The position numbers and the translations under genes are program-made. From the IMG/VR virus record IMGVR_UViG_3300021476_000002, positions 16,578 to 80,577 of that record: 64,000 nt of DNA. One strand, given 5' to 3'. Position 1 is the stretch's first letter. Each line of letters starts with the position of its first letter. The notes beneath the pieces are model-generated. The model saw only the letters and a program-made list of their open reading frames with translations, was not told where the DNA came from and ran no database searches. Of the stretch, positions 47,367 to 56,818 are shown in pieces. The DNA is from a virus.

Positions 47367-47948
47367 GTGGACATAGAAAGAGATGTGACTGAGCAGGTTT
47401 TGGAGGCCATGGGTGAAAATGTTCCAAAGGAAAAGCCTGATTATCCAATTTGGGAGATCGAGAAAGATTTAGCAAACGATACACTCTTGAAGGATTCGAC
47501 AATGCCGGGGACGTTGGTTACTGGCAGCGCCGTGTTTCACCAAAAAGCGCATGAGTATGTTCAGCAGTTAGTTAACCGCGTGAAGATTTTGGAGACGCAG
47601 CAGGACAGGCTTCTTCTTGAGGAATGGCCCGTTAGGTATCAGGTTGAGCGGTTCGCAAGGAACATGGAGGCTATGCTACGTCGTAAGGATTGGAAGAGTG
47701 GGTGGGAGAATGTAGACCCGGCTCGATTGTTCATGTACTTAGCCCTTGAGATGGATGAATTGCGGGAGGAATTTTTGAAGGCAGATAAGGCATCTCGGAA
47801 CTCTGAGATGCGCGAGGTGCTTAGCAATAACATCGCTGAAGAGACGGCTGATGTGGCAAACTTCGCTATGATGCTATGGGAAGTGATGTCTAGTGTTGAG
47901 TTAAGCGGAGGCATTGATCGTGGCGCTACCGAGGATTCGGGTGCCTGA
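47367..47948 (+). CDS. MazG-like/all-alpha NTP pyrophosphohydrolase domain protein
   Basis: LALEMDELREE...EETADVANFAMML ExxE/ExxD motif. Confidence 0.7.
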   Translation: MDIERDVTEQVLEAMGENVPKEKPDYPIWEIEKDLANDTLLKDSTMPGTLVTGSAVFHQKAHEYVQQLVNRVKILETQQDRLLLEEWPVRYQVERFARNMEAMLRRKDWKSGWENVDPARLFMYLALEMDELREEFLKADKASRNSEMREVLSNNIAEETADVANFAMMLWEVMSSVELSGGIDRGATEDSGA

Positions 47949-48217
47949 TCGTGTTTGCGAATGCGGGCATTTTGAAATTGAGCATCGCCCTATTTACGGT
48001 TGCTTTGCTATTAGTTTGTTCCATGCTATATGTTGTGGATGCAAGGAATTTCGTGAGAAGCGGCGTAGTAGAACTAACCGCCGACCAGTACGCAGCGATA
48101 ATGCGCGATCAGCCAAGCGGGTCAAGGATATGGCGACTCGGACCTTTTAGGAACCTCGAAGACTGTGAGAGGGCCGCGCAGGCCCTACATACGACGTTGA
48201 AGTGTACAAATTTGTAG
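47914..48217 (+). CDS. Two overlapping small ORFs (47914-48150 Cys/His finger; 47951-48217 with GPF..C motif)
   Basis: CECGH...H...C...CCGC..F in one frame; WRLGPFRNLEDCERA in another. Confidence 0.4.
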
Positions 48218-48274
48218 TCGTGGTACTACAAAACAGTAGTAGTTGTTGACTTTGGTAAAGCGGATTGATATATT
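48211..48274 (+). promoter_or_regulatory. Sigma70-type promoter with upstream inverted repeat
   Basis: TTTGTAGT-N6-ACTACAAA 48211-32; TTGACT-17-TATATT. Confidence 0.65.
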
Positions 48275-48280
48275 AAGCAT

Positions 48281-48408
48281 GTCAGTTATGGCTGAAAGAC
48301 GGGGACGCTGGCTCTAGCGGGCAATAACAGAGCAGGCGTCCCATAAAGATTGGGGCACCGGGGGATGGTAATGCGCCGTGCGCGTTGCCGTCCCCTAAAT
48401 CTTTTTAA
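48281..48408 (+). ncRNA. Structured leader/sRNA ending in a terminator-like hairpin
   Basis: GGGACGC..GCTCT/AGAGC..GCGTCCC hairpin; 16-bp hairpin 48361-95 with three G-U pairs followed by TCTTTTT. Confidence 0.5.
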
Positions 48409-48424
48409 GAAAGGAGGGAAAAAT

Positions 48425-48553
48425 ATGGTGCATTTCCTGGTTCATGATCTTCCTTGGATTGCTGTTGGTTTTGTTGTTGGTGGTTTCTTTCCCGCTTGGG
48501 CATTGGCAGCCGCGAAGTGGGTTGCCGCCGAGTGGAGTCAGTACGTTCATTAG
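48425..48553 (+). CDS. 42-aa hydrophobic membrane peptide
   Basis: AAGGAGG RBS; MVHFLVHDLPWIAVGFVVGGFFPAWALAAAKWVAAEWSQYVH. Confidence 0.6.
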   Translation: MVHFLVHDLPWIAVGFVVGGFFPAWALAAAKWVAAEWSQYVH

Positions 48554-48719
48554 TAATCCCTGCCAACCGCCGGAATGGCGGAAGGATGGGGTTGAGGTAA
48601 GGTCGGGCAGTCCCACGTGGGCATGGCGCTACGACCGGGCCGGAGCGGGGTGGGGGCGACCGGTATGTTGAGGAGGTGCAATATGATGTGGTTAAGATGG
48701 TTTTTGACCGGGGGAAGCC

Positions 48720-49397
48720 ATGGAGGAACAAATGGCCCACCCCCAAGCGAAAAAGTTATCGGCTAAAAAAGAAGCCGTAGCGTTAGAGCGGTACAAGAAA
48801 CACGAGCGACTTGCCATCAAACTTGCCCGCGATATGGCAGCCAAGTCACGCCGTATGGATGAGTTGGAAGACTTGATTCAGGAGGCTAGGATTGGTTTGT
48901 GGACAGCGGCCATTCGGTTCAAGGAATCGGCGGGCGTTAAGTTCTGGACGTATGCAAATTGGTATGTCTCTGGAAGTCTTCAGCATTGGATGAGGGACAA
49001 GGCGTGGGTAGTGAGAAGTCCGAGAATCGGGGCAGATGGTAAGCCGCTACCTTCAGGTAAGCGTTGGGAGTTTCAGCCAACGTCGCTTGAAAATAGCGAT
49101 GGGTTGTCTGAGCAAGTCGTAGACCCGAACTGGAATGATGGATACGAAGAGGTTGAGAATAATATCGCCAAGGCACAGGCGTTGCAAGTGACAGGTTTGA
49201 CCTTGAGGCAGCGTCAGTTTCTTAATGAGGTGCGTATCGCCGAGTTGGAGGGAAAGACTAATTTAAGGGACGTGTTGAAGCGCATGAAGATGAAGGGTGG
49301 CAGCGCGTCCCGGATATGGAAGACAATCGAGCAGGCCATTTCAGATAAGAATAGACTGAATGGAAGCGGAGACCATGGTAACTGTTCAATGCGGTAA
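48720..49397 (+). CDS. Phage RNA polymerase sigma factor (sigma-70 family, SigB/F-like region 2)
   Basis: LAIKLAR...EDLIQEARIGLWTAAIRF...KFWTYA...G.L....RDKAWVVRSPR; degenerate region 4. Confidence 0.9.
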   Translation: MEEQMAHPQAKKLSAKKEAVALERYKKHERLAIKLARDMAAKSRRMDELEDLIQEARIGLWTAAIRFKESAGVKFWTYANWYVSGSLQHWMRDKAWVVRSPRIGADGKPLPSGKRWEFQPTSLENSDGLSEQVVDPNWNDGYEEVENNIAKAQALQVTGLTLRQRQFLNEVRIAELEGKTNLRDVLKRMKMKGGSASRIWKTIEQAISDKNRLNGSGDHGNCSMR

Positions 49398-49620
49398 GGC
49401 GGGTTGTACGCACGAGGCGATCTATGGAGTTTACTGCAAGACCAAGGATACAGGGATGTTTCCTGTTCACCTCCGTGGAAAGGTTGTGGCTACCCCAATT
49501 TGCGCTGAACACTTGTGTGATGTGTGCAATGAAGGTATGAAACAGGGCGCGTCGGTCTCAATTCTTTTCCTCGATACATTAGTTCCAGCATTAGCAAAAC
49601 AGGCGGCGTTTAATCACTAA
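49360..49620 (+). CDS. Cys-rich hypothetical protein
   Basis: C...C.H...C...C.EHLC..C; abuts terL. Confidence 0.5.
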   Translation: MEAETMVTVQCGKAGCTHEAIYGVYCKTKDTGMFPVHLRGKVVATPICAEHLCDVCNEGMKQGASVSILFLDTLVPALAKQAAFNH

Positions 49621-51428
49621 TGTCTGACATCGTAGTCCCAACAGACCTGGAACCATTTTTAACCGGAGACTCTGATAATTTCATTGAGCCTCCCGTTACC
49701 ATTGGAACGTTTATCGTTGGGGAAAAGTATTGCAACATGAAGGAGAGAATTTGGCCCGCTGTTCTGATGGAGTTGGTAAATATTTTCGGTAAGGACCCAT
49801 ACAAATTCGAGAATGAAGAGGCTGTGATTATCGCGGGGTTTGGTTCTGGTAAATCCTATTTGGTCTCAATGGCATTTACGTACATGCTGTACTGGCTCTT
49901 GAACATGAGGAACCCTCATAAGTATTTGCGTACAGGGTTGTCTCCTGGGTCCACGATCATGCTTGTTAACCAAGCCCTTCGGGAAGATCAGGCGCGGAAG
50001 ATTATTTTCCAGGACGTTGCGAACCTCGTTGGGGATGCGCCGTGGTTTGCGAATCACAATATGTTACCCGTGAAAAATGTCACCAGCGAATTGAGATTTC
50101 CCAAGAATATCGTTTTGTTTCCCGGTACGTCGTCAATGACGTTTCCTCAAGGGTACAATATGTTCGCTGGTGCGATTGATGAGGCTGCATTGTTCCAGGA
50201 GCGCACCATAGCAGGGGAGTTTGAAAAGACTGACCCCGCAGAGAAAATCCATGAGACCATGAAGGCTCGTAAGTTTTCTCGGTTTGGTAATAGGGGAATG
50301 ATCTTGGTGATTTCTTCTCCGACACACTTGGATGCTTTTATTGAAAGGCGCTATCGGTTTATTTTGGCCGGTGACCCCGATAGGGGTATTCCTAAGCCTA
50401 AGCGGTCGTTTGCGGATAGAAAAGCGCATTGGGAGATGAAGCCTGGGCCAGAAAAGGATGTAAATGGCCGATGGGTTCCGTGGCATTTCGTACCGTTTCG
50501 TCAGGTAAAGTATAATCCCGATGGTACTGAGGGTGATGTGTTTGAGTTGATGGTGCCTGATGTAATGATTACAGACTTTGAGGCAAACCCTGAAGCGTAC
50601 AAGCGAGACTATGCCTGTATTGTTGGCCGCACGGGCATGGGTTTCTTCTGGGACCCAGATGTTGTAACGAGGCCATCTAGCGGTATTGGACTCCCAGGGT
50701 TCAACCCGAATCATTTGTCACCTCTTATGGTTAATGGACAAATTGACACGAGACTGCGTTGGTCTGATATGAACTCAAACACTCGATGCTATGGACATTT
50801 TGACTTGGCATTAGCACGTGACGCCGTAGGTGTTTGCATTGGTCATATATCAGGCGAGACTGTGGTTCATGGTGAGCGTAAACCAGTTATTTATACTGAC
50901 CTGATGATGGAGATTAAAACTACTCCAGGGAATCAAATAGATTTTGCCAGCGTGCGTCAAATTGTTTGGGATTTCAAGGGACGTGGTTATCCAATAGCAG
51001 GCGTAACATTTGACCAATTCCAGTCAATCGAGGGGATTCAGCAGTTGAACAAGCGCGGTATGGCGGCGTCCGTTTTATCAGTAGATAAAGACACTTCGGC
51101 TTACGATATCATGAAGGAGTGTATCAACGAGGGGCGATTGGATTATTACAAGTACGAGCCATTTGAGGAATGTATCCGGTCTTTGGTTTTGGTTAACGTT
51201 GGTGGAAGGGCTAAGGTAGAGCACACCAAGACAGGCAAGAAGGACGTATCGGATGCCGTGGCGGCTGTGTGTTGGGTTTTAACAAGGTTATGGATGGGTG
51301 GCGAAGAATTCCTTCCATATGGCTCAGGTATAGGGACCATAACGATTCCAAGCCAGTTCGGAAGTCAATGGGGTAATGTAGCCGTGGCGGGACAGAGAGC
51401 GCCCAAGCGGGCAATCGTGGGAGGGTGA
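49620..51428 (+). CDS. terL: Terminase large subunit
   Basis: Walker A IAGFGSGKS; Walker B GAIDEA; ISSP coupling motif; RNase H nuclease GHFDLA...DAVG...FDQFQS...KDVSDAVA. Confidence 0.93.
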   Translation: MSDIVVPTDLEPFLTGDSDNFIEPPVTIGTFIVGEKYCNMKERIWPAVLMELVNIFGKDPYKFENEEAVIIAGFGSGKSYLVSMAFTYMLYWLLNMRNPHKYLRTGLSPGSTIMLVNQALREDQARKIIFQDVANLVGDAPWFANHNMLPVKNVTSELRFPKNIVLFPGTSSMTFPQGYNMFAGAIDEAALFQERTIAGEFEKTDPAEKIHETMKARKFSRFGNRGMILVISSPTHLDAFIERRYRFILAGDPDRGIPKPKRSFADRKAHWEMKPGPEKDVNGRWVPWHFVPFRQVKYNPDGTEGDVFELMVPDVMITDFEANPEAYKRDYACIVGRTGMGFFWDPDVVTRPSSGIGLPGFNPNHLSPLMVNGQIDTRLRWSDMNSNTRCYGHFDLALARDAVGVCIGHISGETVVHGERKPVIYTDLMMEIKTTPGNQIDFASVRQIVWDFKGRGYPIAGVTFDQFQSIEGIQQLNKRGMAASVLSVDKDTSAYDIMKECINEGRLDYYKYEPFEECIRSLVLVNVGGRAKVEHTKTGKKDVSDAVAAVCWVLTRLWMGGEEFLPYGSGIGTITIPSQFGSQWGNVAVAGQRAPKRAIVGG

Positions 51429-52138
51429 TGGATATGAAGGCCATCGCGGCGTTATTCACTGTTTTGGCTCTTATTTCTGGGCCAGTAAATTTGGCTTATT
51501 CACAAAATTTGGATGTGACTCAGAACAAAATGCACATGCTGGAATCGAGCGTATGGATTCAGAATGGTGACGGTGTATGCGGTGGGACGTACTTTACTTC
51601 TCAGAAACTTATCACGGCTGCTCATTGTGTGAATGGCGTTGCTCCCGATGGGCGAGTGATTGTACATACATACCAAGGGAGTTCTTTGATGGGTGTTGTT
51701 GAAAGGCGTAACGTTGAATTGGATTTGGCTATCGTTGTGACAACCAACAGGCCGGATGGACAGCCATATATTCAGTTGGGAGATTCTGTTAACGTGTTCG
51801 ATGAGGTGTGGGGTATCGGCGCACCTCTCGGGGAACCATTTATTGTGTCTCATGGGTATATCTCGAAGATCGTGATTGACAGTTTCGAGAACTGCGATAA
51901 GAACGACAAGGGCGGGACTGGTCAGCAGCAGATTTTGACAATTGATATAATGGCTTTTGGTGGCGATAGCGGCGGCGGTGTGTTTGATGCGAACGGACGT
52001 TTGGTAGGTGTGTGGGTTCGTCAGATTCAGGTAGGATGGACCTGTGAGAACCAGAACGGCGTTGCTGTTCCGTTGTGGGGGTTTGCTGTTGGCATTGATA
52101 CCGTGAAGGGATTTTTAGGTCAGGAGGCGAATCAATGA
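51425..52138 (+). CDS. Secreted trypsin-like serine protease
   Basis: Signal peptide; ITAAHC (His), DLAIV (Asp), GGDSGGGVF (Ser). Confidence 0.92.
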   Translation: MMDMKAIAALFTVLALISGPVNLAYSQNLDVTQNKMHMLESSVWIQNGDGVCGGTYFTSQKLITAAHCVNGVAPDGRVIVHTYQGSSLMGVVERRNVELDLAIVVTTNRPDGQPYIQLGDSVNVFDEVWGIGAPLGEPFIVSHGYISKIVIDSFENCDKNDKGGTGQQQILTIDIMAFGGDSGGGVFDANGRLVGVWVRQIQVGWTCENQNGVAVPLWGFAVGIDTVKGFLGQEANQ

Positions 52139-53716
52139 GTATGTGGCAATGGGTGCAATGGGCCTTTGGGATAGTTGTGGTTATTGCTGTAATGCTTGGA
52201 ATCATTGATGGTATTGCGTGGATTATCAATAGGTTTGGTGCTTGGACGGAATGGATTATTGTTCCGGGTGTAATTGTTGCAGTCCTGGCGATTGGTGTGT
52301 TATTCTTTATGGGGTTAGTTGGAGAATTTTTCGGGAGGGACCAATGAAACTTGGTTGGGCCGGTTGGGATGAGGTTATGAAGTCGGGGGACAAAAACAGT
52401 CAACTGTATCACGTGAACAGCGGTGACATGAAGGATGTTCCTGTTCGGGCACCGAAGAATAATCCGAACGTTGCGTTCTTGGTTGCGGTGATTTTATATC
52501 ACCCAGAATCTCTTGGGGCAATCGCTGAGGTTATTGAGGATACAGAGGAGGGTCGTCGGGAAGGAAACCAGATGTATGTTTCAACTCACTGGCTAACAAC
52601 CGAGTACCAAAAAATCGAGAAGGAGGAGTCTAATGCTTCTGCGTGAAGGTACTATCGTTCATTACGTTATTCGCGGTCAGGACAACGAGAACCCGATGGT
52701 GGAGCGTCCCGCGATTATTACTCGTGTATACAGCAGGGATACTCGCGTGGTGAATCTGTGGGTGGTTCCAGACGTTGGGGAAGAGGCGTCCCACAGATCG
52801 TCTGTTGAGCCTGATATGGGACTTCAGCCTGCAACCGGAACTTGGCATTGGGCGTAGTTCGATGATTTGCCCGGTGTGTCAGGAAGACAAACTGCGGGTG
52901 ATTTACAGCGCGAAACGCGGGTGGGCTTGCCCGGAGTGCCGGGATAAGGAAAAGCCTGTTAATCCGAACAAGAGGGAATCCCCGGTAATTATAATTCCAC
53001 CGTCGTTTCGCACGTAATGCCCTTTAAGTGTTGGATTTGTAGTGATTGGGCGTTTGACCCGAAACCTGGGCGTACAGATATTGGTGAGGTAGTATGTCGT
53101 GTTGTATGCGACTCGTGTTGCGAGGGATGGAGTAGCGCAAGTCTAACTCTCTTATACGAGGGATTTGCTGCGTGGAGACGGGGTGAATTGGAGTGAAGAG
53201 AGGTGTTTTGTTTGCTGTTCTTATAGGCGTGCTAATAGGGTGGCTTATCGTTACGCAGTATTCTCTCTTCGTTCATAAACCTCAATGGATTTTGATTATG
53301 AAGGACGACGATGATTTCACGTGGATTGCTATTACGAGGCAAACGCTGGCAACGTCAAGCAAGTCTGATATGCGGAATCTGCGATTATCGTATGATACCA
53401 AGGAGGATTGTTTGCACAAGGGATTGCGGGTGCTAGTTGAGGAGTCCGATACTGTAGCGACGTGCGTGAGGATTCCCTGATGCCTCTGACCCTAGAGGGA
53501 CGGGAAAGGATTGCTGAGGCGCAGCGCAGAGCGTGGCTTGACCCTCTTAAGAGACAGGCCAGGATTTCGGCCATCAAAGGAACATACAGACGACGCAAAG
53601 CGTATAAAGCAAAGTGGGAAGCCTATAAGCGCGGCGAAGTTCCGCCAGACTTTGGGCTTCTTCTGCGAGAGGGCATTCAAAATTTTCTACTCGATAAGGG
53701 GATGAAACCGGTATGA
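52135..53716 (+). other. Small hypothetical CDSs (52135-52347 membrane, ~52344-52646, 52633-52857 SH3-like, ~52862-53017 zinc ribbon, 53193-53480 membrane, 53480-53716)
   Basis: Coupled ORFs with RBSs. Confidence 0.55.
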
Positions 53717-54303
53717 GGCATATCTCTTTGGACATTGAAACGGCGGGGAGTCGTCCCGGTTCTGCGGTTTTGAGTATCGCGGCTGTAGATTTTTGGCCGC
53801 AGACACCCGAGAATCCAATTGCCAAAAGGTTCTTTAGGGTTATTGATCTGTGGGATTCATTGATGGTTGGTTTGACTGTTGACCAAGATACGCTTAACTG
53901 GTGGATGCAGCAGGACAAGCGGGCGCGTGATCGAGCACAAACAGACAGGGGTAGGGTCTCGGTATTTGAGGCCCTACAAGATTTTGAGGCGTACCTTGGT
54001 GGCACGGCTAGTAAGGACACACGTATCTGGGCAAAAGGACCGGATTTCGATGTTGTCATGATGGCTGAGGTGTATAGAAAGACGGGGCGAAGGATTCCAT
54101 GGTCATACCGGCGAGTTCGTGACGTGCGAACGATCATGGCTCTAACCGGCGGGCAGGTCAAGGAAGATAAGGCCAACCGAATTGAGCACGATGCTCTGGA
54201 TGATGCTTTGATGCAGGCCGAGGCTGTAGTAAAGGCTTACAGCCTACTTGGCTTGAGCCTGGAAAACGATGGTTATAAAGAAGACGACCAGAAAACTTCT
54301 TGA
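53713..54303 (+). CDS. 3'-5' exoribonuclease (DEDDh, Rv2179c/RNase AS-like)
   Basis: ISLDIET...WAKGPDFD...PWSYRRVRDVRT...HDALDDA..QA. Confidence 0.92.
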   Translation: MRHISLDIETAGSRPGSAVLSIAAVDFWPQTPENPIAKRFFRVIDLWDSLMVGLTVDQDTLNWWMQQDKRARDRAQTDRGRVSVFEALQDFEAYLGGTASKDTRIWAKGPDFDVVMMAEVYRKTGRRIPWSYRRVRDVRTIMALTGGQVKEDKANRIEHDALDDALMQAEAVVKAYSLLGLSLENDGYKEDDQKTS

Positions 54304-54328
54304 CAGCGCCCATACATTTGTGGTAAGG
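54300..54328 (+). promoter_or_regulatory. Sigma70-type promoter with operator
   Basis: TTGACA-17-TAAGGT; CATACA-TT-TGTGGT 54310-23. Confidence 0.65.
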
Positions 54329-54335
54329 TTGTGGT

Positions 54336-55469
54336 ATGTCTAGGATTAAGAAACTCCCGACTGAATGGGCGATGGAGATTTATAAGGCAGCCTATGATGC
54401 CTATGCTGCCCCTCTTCCAAAAGATGATCTCTACACCGAAGAGACCGTAATGGAGGCTACAGAGCAGGTCTTGATGGCCCTTCTTGACAGGGTAGGTATG
54501 AAGCGGCTCTTGAAGGCTCTTGCGGAGGTTGGCAATGGCTACTAAGCGAGTTCTGTGTGTTTGTGGTTGTAAGCGGAGGTTGCCGAGACTGGCAATCCGC
54601 CATGGGGACCCGTATGCGACTACCGAATGCTGCAAGCGGGCGTTTGGTGTGCCGTTTCGTGAGTCTAGACAGGGACTTGCCCACAAGCCTGTTCGTCCGG
54701 GCATAATGGTGAGGCAGTCCAAGAATCAGATTTTTGTTGACCACGAATATCGTGACGACATCCTCAAGAAGTTTTTTACGGAGTCTTGATGAATTGGGGT
54801 CTTGCTTTTCGGGTGTGGTGCGAGTGGATGATGATGGGTGCTGTTCTGAATGCGTTTTGGATTTTGTGGAGCATGTGGCGTGGATACATCCGATAACCTT
54901 CAACCCACTGTTAAACTAACGCCTGGGATACGTGCTGTTCTTCAGGAGATGTCTAAGGGTGAGGAGTTGGTTTTTGAGACCGGCGGTGGTTGGTGGATTG
55001 GAGACCGGAGAACCAATGGAAGCATTGCGATGAAATTGCTTAGGTTTTGTCTTATAACTTCGGATTCATATAATGAGATTGATGAAGCGCGTGGGTATCT
55101 TGTAAGGTATTCGATCAACGAAGACGGTTTGGCTCTGCTTAATGACCCATACTACGTGCCACGTGTCGTGCGGGCGATGGCGGAAGTTAGTAAACGAAAG
55201 GGGGTATGACCATGGGACGCCTGACGGGAATTCGTCTTATTGATGATTCTAATGAGGAATGGTCGGTAGATATCGAGGCTATCCGCCTTGCTGTTACAAA
55301 GGCCATTCGGGATGTGGCTCAGTCTCCTGAGCATGTTGAGGTTAGTCAGGTTGAGGTTATTGGGAGGCCGCATGACGTGTTGCATATCAACGTGACGCTA
55401 AGCACGTCGGTGGCTATCCTCTCGGCTGAACCAGATGAGAAGACTAAGGCAGCGTTGAATCGTGGATGA
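54336..55469 (+). other. Small hypothetical CDSs (54336-54545, ~54535-54789, 54850-55209, 55206-55469)
   Basis: Coupled ORFs. Confidence 0.5.
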
Positions 55470-55833
55470 GTACCAAAGAATTTCCAGGGAAGAGGCGGTG
55501 TGGGAAATGAAGTTTGACGATTACCAAAGGCAAGCCAAGGAGACTGCGGTATATCCGAATCGAATGGGTTTGATGTATACGGCCCTCGGGCTTGCTGGTG
55601 AAGCGGGGGAAGTTGCCAACAAAGTAAAAAAGGTTATCCGCGACGAAGATGGGGTTTTAAGTGATGAGAAACGTCTTGAAATTGCGGACGAGTTAGGCGA
55701 TGTCCTTTGGTACGCTGCCGCAATGGCAACGGAATTGGGGTGGAGGCTTGAAGCCGTAGCAGACTACAACATCAAAAAACTTCTTCAGCGTAAATCACAG
55801 GAAGTTCTTAAAGGGTCAGGTGATAAGCGATGA
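55462..55833 (+). CDS. mazG: MazG-like nucleoside triphosphate pyrophosphohydrolase
   Basis: FDDYQ..A..TA.YP...LGLAGEAGEVANKVKK..RD...ELGDVLWY...NIKKL..R. Confidence 0.92.
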   Translation: MDEYQRISREEAVWEMKFDDYQRQAKETAVYPNRMGLMYTALGLAGEAGEVANKVKKVIRDEDGVLSDEKRLEIADELGDVLWYAAAMATELGWRLEAVADYNIKKLLQRKSQEVLKGSGDKR

Positions 55834-56204
55834 GTAAGGCTGTGTTGGGTACGAATCCCAAGGATTTAGTAGGGTCCGCTAAGGTTCCGCTGAGTTATGT
55901 GCCACCGGCTGCGTTGGTTTACACTGTTCTTGGAATGTGGGATGGAATCAAGAAGTATGGGAAATGGAATTGGAGGCACAATAAGGTTATTGCGTCTATC
56001 TACACGGACGCATTGTTCAGACATATCGAAGCATGGATAGACGGTGAGGATGATGCCCCAGACAGCGGGAGGCCACACCTTGCTCATGCGCTTGCGACAT
56101 TGGCAGTCCTTGTGGATGCCCTGGAGACGGGGAATCTTGTAGACGACCGGCCACCGGCAGGGTCTGCGGCTAGACTCTTGGAGAAGTGGAGGGTAAAGGA
56201 ATGA
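55830..56204 (+). CDS. dATP/dGTP diphosphohydrolase domain protein (DUF5664)
   Basis: NPKD..G..KVPLS.VP...G..KYG.WNWR...Y.DAL.RHI.AW.DGED..DSG.PHLAHA. Confidence 0.88.
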   Translation: MSKAVLGTNPKDLVGSAKVPLSYVPPAALVYTVLGMWDGIKKYGKWNWRHNKVIASIYTDALFRHIEAWIDGEDDAPDSGRPHLAHALATLAVLVDALETGNLVDDRPPAGSAARLLEKWRVKE

Positions 56205-56809
56205 AGATTATCTGCGACATAGATGGGGTTCTGGCTGATTTTGTTCTTGGGTTTACGAGAATAGCCAATGGTATGTTTGGGTCTCGGATTTATGGGACCG
56301 TAGATCAGCAAGAGTGGAATTTTGAGGATGGTGAGTTTACAAAGGCGCAGGTCTCGCAGGTCTGGGAGGAGATCAAGCGTAGTAATACTTATTGGGAAAT
56401 GCTTGAGCCAATACCAATGGAACCTGGGGTGTTTCGTGAATTGAACATGCGGAATCTGGTAGATGATTTATACTTTGTGACCAGTAGGGTTGGCGTAAAC
56501 GTTAAGTCCCAAACGGAAAGTTGGTTGATGAAACAGGGAATTTGGAATCCTACTGTTGTGATTTCTGATAAGAAGGGTGAAATTGCTAGTGCTGTTGAGG
56601 CTGACGCATTGCTTGATGATAAACCGGGAAATGTTTTGGCTGTACACTATCTTTCCAGAAAAACTGTTCCCTATCTCATAGACCGTAATTATAACCGATG
56701 GAATATGAAAGCAACAAGCGAAAGGATTGTTCGCGTAAAGTCTGTGACGGAGTTTTTGGGTTTTCTGATATTGCAGGGGAATGGCCAATTGCCCACGAAT
56801 GGAGTATAA
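56201..56809 (+). CDS. HAD-family 5'(3')-deoxyribonucleotidase
   Basis: DIDGVLADF; FVTSR; K...; LLDDK..N. Confidence 0.9.
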   Translation: MKIICDIDGVLADFVLGFTRIANGMFGSRIYGTVDQQEWNFEDGEFTKAQVSQVWEEIKRSNTYWEMLEPIPMEPGVFRELNMRNLVDDLYFVTSRVGVNVKSQTESWLMKQGIWNPTVVISDKKGEIASAVEADALLDDKPGNVLAVHYLSRKTVPYLIDRNYNRWNMKATSERIVRVKSVTEFLGFLILQGNGQLPTNGV

Positions 56810-56818
56810 AGACCATAT

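Noticed and set aside
48285-48345. Resemblance to a c-di-GMP-I riboswitch (GAAAGACGGGGACGC)
   Set aside because: There is no strand to pair across the GAAA and no GGCAAAC element; kept only as an unclassified structure.
48568-48660. tRNA-Leu-like start GCCGGAATGGCGGAA
   Set aside because: No T-arm (TTCRA), acceptor complement or CCA follows.
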